Shown here piece by piece: positions 59,994 through 64,000 of a stretch of DNA of 64,000 nucleotides (position 1 is its first letter; each line of letters opens with the position of its first letter). The notes beneath the pieces are model-generated. The model worked only from the letters and a program-made list of their open reading frames with translations. It made no database searches and had not been told where the DNA came from. A program made the translations under genes and the position numbers. Origin of the DNA: Phycisphaeraceae bacterium (lineage in GTDB: Bacteria > Planctomycetota > Phycisphaerae > Phycisphaerales > Phycisphaeraceae); assembly GCA_963674705.1 (NCBI GenBank), contig OY771506.1, positions 4,864,001 through 4,928,000 on the forward strand, written 5' to 3'.

Positions 59994-60209
59994 TCAGTGG
60001 CGGTAGGTGATTCGGCCCTTGGTCAGGTCGTAGGGGCTCAGCTCGACAGTCACGCGGTCCCCGGGGAGGATGCGGATGTAAAACTTACGCATCTTCCCGG
60101 AGATGTGGGCGATCATTTCATGATCGTTCTCGAGCTTGACCCTGAACATGGCGTTGGGCAACGCATCGATCACTTCACCCTCGAACTGTAGTTTGTCTTC
60201 CTTGGCCAC
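59994..60209 (-). CDS. infA: Translation initiation factor IF-1
   Basis: [26 protein letters not shown]. Confidence 0.98.
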   Translation of the reverse strand: MAKEDKLQFEGEVIDALPNAMFRVKLENDHEMIAHISGKMRKFYIRILPGDRVTVELSPYDLTKGRITYRH

Positions 60210-60253
60210 GAATCCTCTAGTTTCTTTCGAGTTTCCTTATTCACGTTCCAACG

Positions 60254-61033
60254 TTAACGGCCGTCGGTCAGCACGTCGGCGCCATCCTTGACGACGGCGA
60301 CGGTGTGCTCGTAATGAGCCGAGGGCTTGCGGTCCACGGTGACGACGGTCCAGCCGTCCCGCAGCACGCGCACTTCGTGTGAGCCGAGGTTGCACATGGG
60401 CTCGATGGCCAGCACGATGCCTTCCCTAAGCTCGATGTCGTTCCGGAGCAGTTCACGGTTGACGAAGTTGGGCACCTTCGGCGCCTCATGCATCTTCGAA
60501 CCGATCCCATGTCCGACGAAGTCCCTGACAACCCCCATGCCCTGGGACTCCGCATAATTCTGCATCAGCCGGGCGATCTGGCTCCACGTCCTGCCGGGTC
60601 TGACGTTTTCGATGGCGATCTGGAGCACGTGCTCGGTAACCTCGCAGAGCTTGCGGGTTTCCGGTTTCACGTCGCCGACCAGGATCGTCGTCGCTGCGTC
60701 TCCGCACCAGCCGTCAACCTCGACCCCACAATCGACGCTGACGATGTCGCCGTCCTTGATAACCCTGTCTCCCGCGATCCCGTGAACGACTTCCTCGTTC
60801 ACGCTGATGCACAGGTTCGACGGGAAAGGTGTCGGTCCGGGGTAGCCCTTGAAGAGCCCCTTGCCGCCGGCCTCGGTGAAGACACGGTAACCTTCCTCAT
60901 CGATTTCACGGGTCGTAATGCCCGGCTTACAAATCTCTCGGCATCGCTGGTGGACCTGTTGGACGATCCGTCCGGCGATACGCATTTTTTCTATTTCTTC
61001 AGGCGTTTTCCTGATGATTCGTTCTTTGGTCAC
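60254..61033 (-). CDS. map: Methionine aminopeptidase type I
   Basis: CISVNEEVVHG, GHGIG, AIEPM, SAHYEHT. Confidence 0.97.
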   Translation of the reverse strand: MTKERIIRKTPEEIEKMRIAGRIVQQVHQRCREICKPGITTREIDEEGYRVFTEAGGKGLFKGYPGPTPFPSNLCISVNEEVVHGIAGDRVIKDGDIVSVDCGVEVDGWCGDAATTILVGDVKPETRKLCEVTEHVLQIAIENVRPGRTWSQIARLMQNYAESQGMGVVRDFVGHGIGSKMHEAPKVPNFVNRELLRNDIELREGIVLAIEPMCNLGSHEVRVLRDGWTVVTVDRKPSAHYEHTVAVVKDGADVLTDGR

Positions 61034-61145
61034 GGCCGCTACAACCCGTCTGGATCAGGGTTTTCCTTGTCACTTTACGGGCCACAGCAAGTCGAAAATC
61101 ATATCACGGCTCACCCGACCTGACAAATCACTAAAATCACAGGGC

Positions 61146-62558
<1,413 letters not shown>

Positions 62559-62635
62559 TTGAGCCTTTAGCCTTTAGCTATTAGCCGTTAGCTGGAAGTC
62601 GCTGACGGCTGCTGATGCATCGTTCGGATTCCTGC

Positions 62636-63088
62636 TCAGGCGACGTTCACGGAGCCGCCGGCCTGGGTGATCTTTTCCTGAGCGCTCTTGGAGAAGCATG
62701 CGGCAGTGACGGCGAGTTTCTTGCTGGTTTCGCCTTGGCCGAGGATCTTGACCGGCATCTTGTCGTCGCGGATCAGGCCGACCTTCACGAGCATCTGGGC
62801 GTTGACCTCGGCGCCGTCGTCGAATCGTGCGTCAAGCGCGGCGATATTGACGATGGCGAACTGCTTGCGGAACAGCACGTTGGAGAAGCCACGCTTGGCG
62901 ACCCGGCGGAACAGCGGGGTCTGGCCGCCTTCACGGCTGGCGCGGATCGAGCCGGTCGCACCCGAGCGGGAACCGGCGCCCTTGTGGCCTCGGCCGCAGG
63001 TCTTGCCGTGGCCCGAACCGACACCGCGTCCGACACGCTTACGCTTCTTATACTTGCCCACCTTTTCGGTGACATCATGAATCATCAT
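62636..63088 (-). CDS. rplO: 50S ribosomal protein L15
   Basis: RVGRGVGSGHGKTCGRGHKG, EGGQTPL, KILGQG. Confidence 0.97.
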   Translation of the reverse strand: MMIHDVTEKVGKYKKRKRVGRGVGSGHGKTCGRGHKGAGSRSGATGSIRASREGGQTPLFRRVAKRGFSNVLFRKQFAIVNIAALDARFDDGAEVNAQMLVKVGLIRDDKMPVKILGQGETSKKLAVTAACFSKSAQEKITQAGGSVNVA

Positions 63089-63138
63089 GGCTCAGACACT
63101 CCTCATCGCACGGCGTAGTCACGCCGGGGTGTCGCTGG

Positions 63139-63990
63139 TTAGTCTTTGTTTTCCGCTTCCTGATTGTCGTCGGTCGCGGGGGTTTCTTGCGGTTGTTCTG
63201 CGGGAGTTTCGGCTTTTGCTTCTTCGGCCGGTGCATCCGCGGGGGTTTCGGCTTGCTCAGCAGGCTTTGCTTCCTGCTTGGGCTTGGGTTTGCTGCTGGT
63301 GGTGACGGTGGCTTTGACGCCCTTGCCGCCGGGCACGCTGTCACGCTGCTGGCGTCCGCCGCCTCGGCGACCACGACCGCCCCTCTTGCCGCCTTCTTCC
63401 TCTTCGCTCTTTTCGGGTTGAGCTTCGGGTTGAACCGGGGCGGCGGTGCTGGTCGTGGTGGTGTAACGCTTACCGAGTGCGATCTTTTCTTCGACTTCGG
63501 TGGATTCGATTTCGATACCGCGGTGGCTGGCGACCTGCTCCTTGGTGCGGAGGCGGGTCAGGCCGTTGAGCACGGCCTTGCACAGGTTCTTCTTGTTGGT
63601 CGAACCGTAGGCCTTGGTCAGGCAGTCCTGGACACCGGCCATTTCCAGCACGGCGCGGGCGGTGCCGCCGGCGATAACACCGGTACCGGGCGCGGCCGGG
63701 AGGATGCGGATCTTGGACGCACCGAACTGTCCCTCGATCGGGTGCGGCAGCGTGCCGTCCTTCATCTCGATGTGGACCAGTTGCTTGCGGGCGTTCTTCT
63801 GGGCCTTTTCGATCGCGGCGGGGACACCGGTTCCCTTGCCGTAACCGAGGCCGACGTTTCCGTTGCGGTCGCCGACGACGACGAGCGCAGCGAAGCTGAA
63901 GCGTCGACCGCCCTTGACGACCGTCGCGGTGCGGAAGATGCCGACCGTGGTCGATTCCAATGCCTGTGTGTCTTCGAGTAGTTCGGGCAT
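63139..63990 (-). CDS. rpsE: 30S ribosomal protein S5 with long C-terminal extension
   Basis: VVKGGRRFSFAALVVVGD, PAAPGTGVIAGG; about 115 extra low-complexity residues. Confidence 0.97.
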   Translation of the reverse strand: MPELLEDTQALESTTVGIFRTATVVKGGRRFSFAALVVVGDRNGNVGLGYGKGTGVPAAIEKAQKNARKQLVHIEMKDGTLPHPIEGQFGASKIRILPAAPGTGVIAGGTARAVLEMAGVQDCLTKAYGSTNKKNLCKAVLNGLTRLRTKEQVASHRGIEIESTEVEEKIALGKRYTTTTSTAAPVQPEAQPEKSEEEEGGKRGGRGRRGGGRQQRDSVPGGKGVKATVTTSSKPKPKQEAKPAEQAETPADAPAEEAKAETPAEQPQETPATDDNQEAENKD

Positions 63991-64000
63991 GTTATTCCTC

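Overview
High-GC bacterial chromosomal window, most consistent with a Planctomycetota (Phycisphaerae-like) genome. That placement is inferred from the PEP-CTERM/dockerin-like proteins, a prepilin-type protein, a sulfatase, a free-standing tRNA-Ile, and an spc/alpha operon lacking rpmD, adk and rpsD. Left to right: a decayed integrase-core transposase beside tRNA-Ile(GAT); a CsgG-like lipoprotein; a DUF2089/TPR pair; nrfHA with an all-CxxCH NrfA; GH35; yeiH/LysR; guaB; a pilin-like gene; hemB; ubiD-like; proC; tyrA; accA; an accessory block of small ORFs (23.3-31 kb); an MCP; URO-D-like and glycosidase genes; pyrR-pyrB-gmk; AraC-GyrI; a PEP-CTERM gene; a sulfatase; an RND pump; holA; mgtE; surE; an intact IS630; and rpsE to rplQ. 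The most striking feature not explained by the genes is a dense set of at least eight families of short non-coding repeats: 7/8/10-mer tandem arrays arranged as inverted arms, plus REP-like palindromes. They stack into modular composite elements in intergenic gaps, none has a cognate enzyme gene in the window, and they have also entered core enzymes in frame, so the same peptide KPQASSLKP appears in both UbiD and ProC. A C-rich to G-rich strand-composition switch is visible by eye at about 38-41 kb. All calls come from reading motifs by eye; no searches were run.
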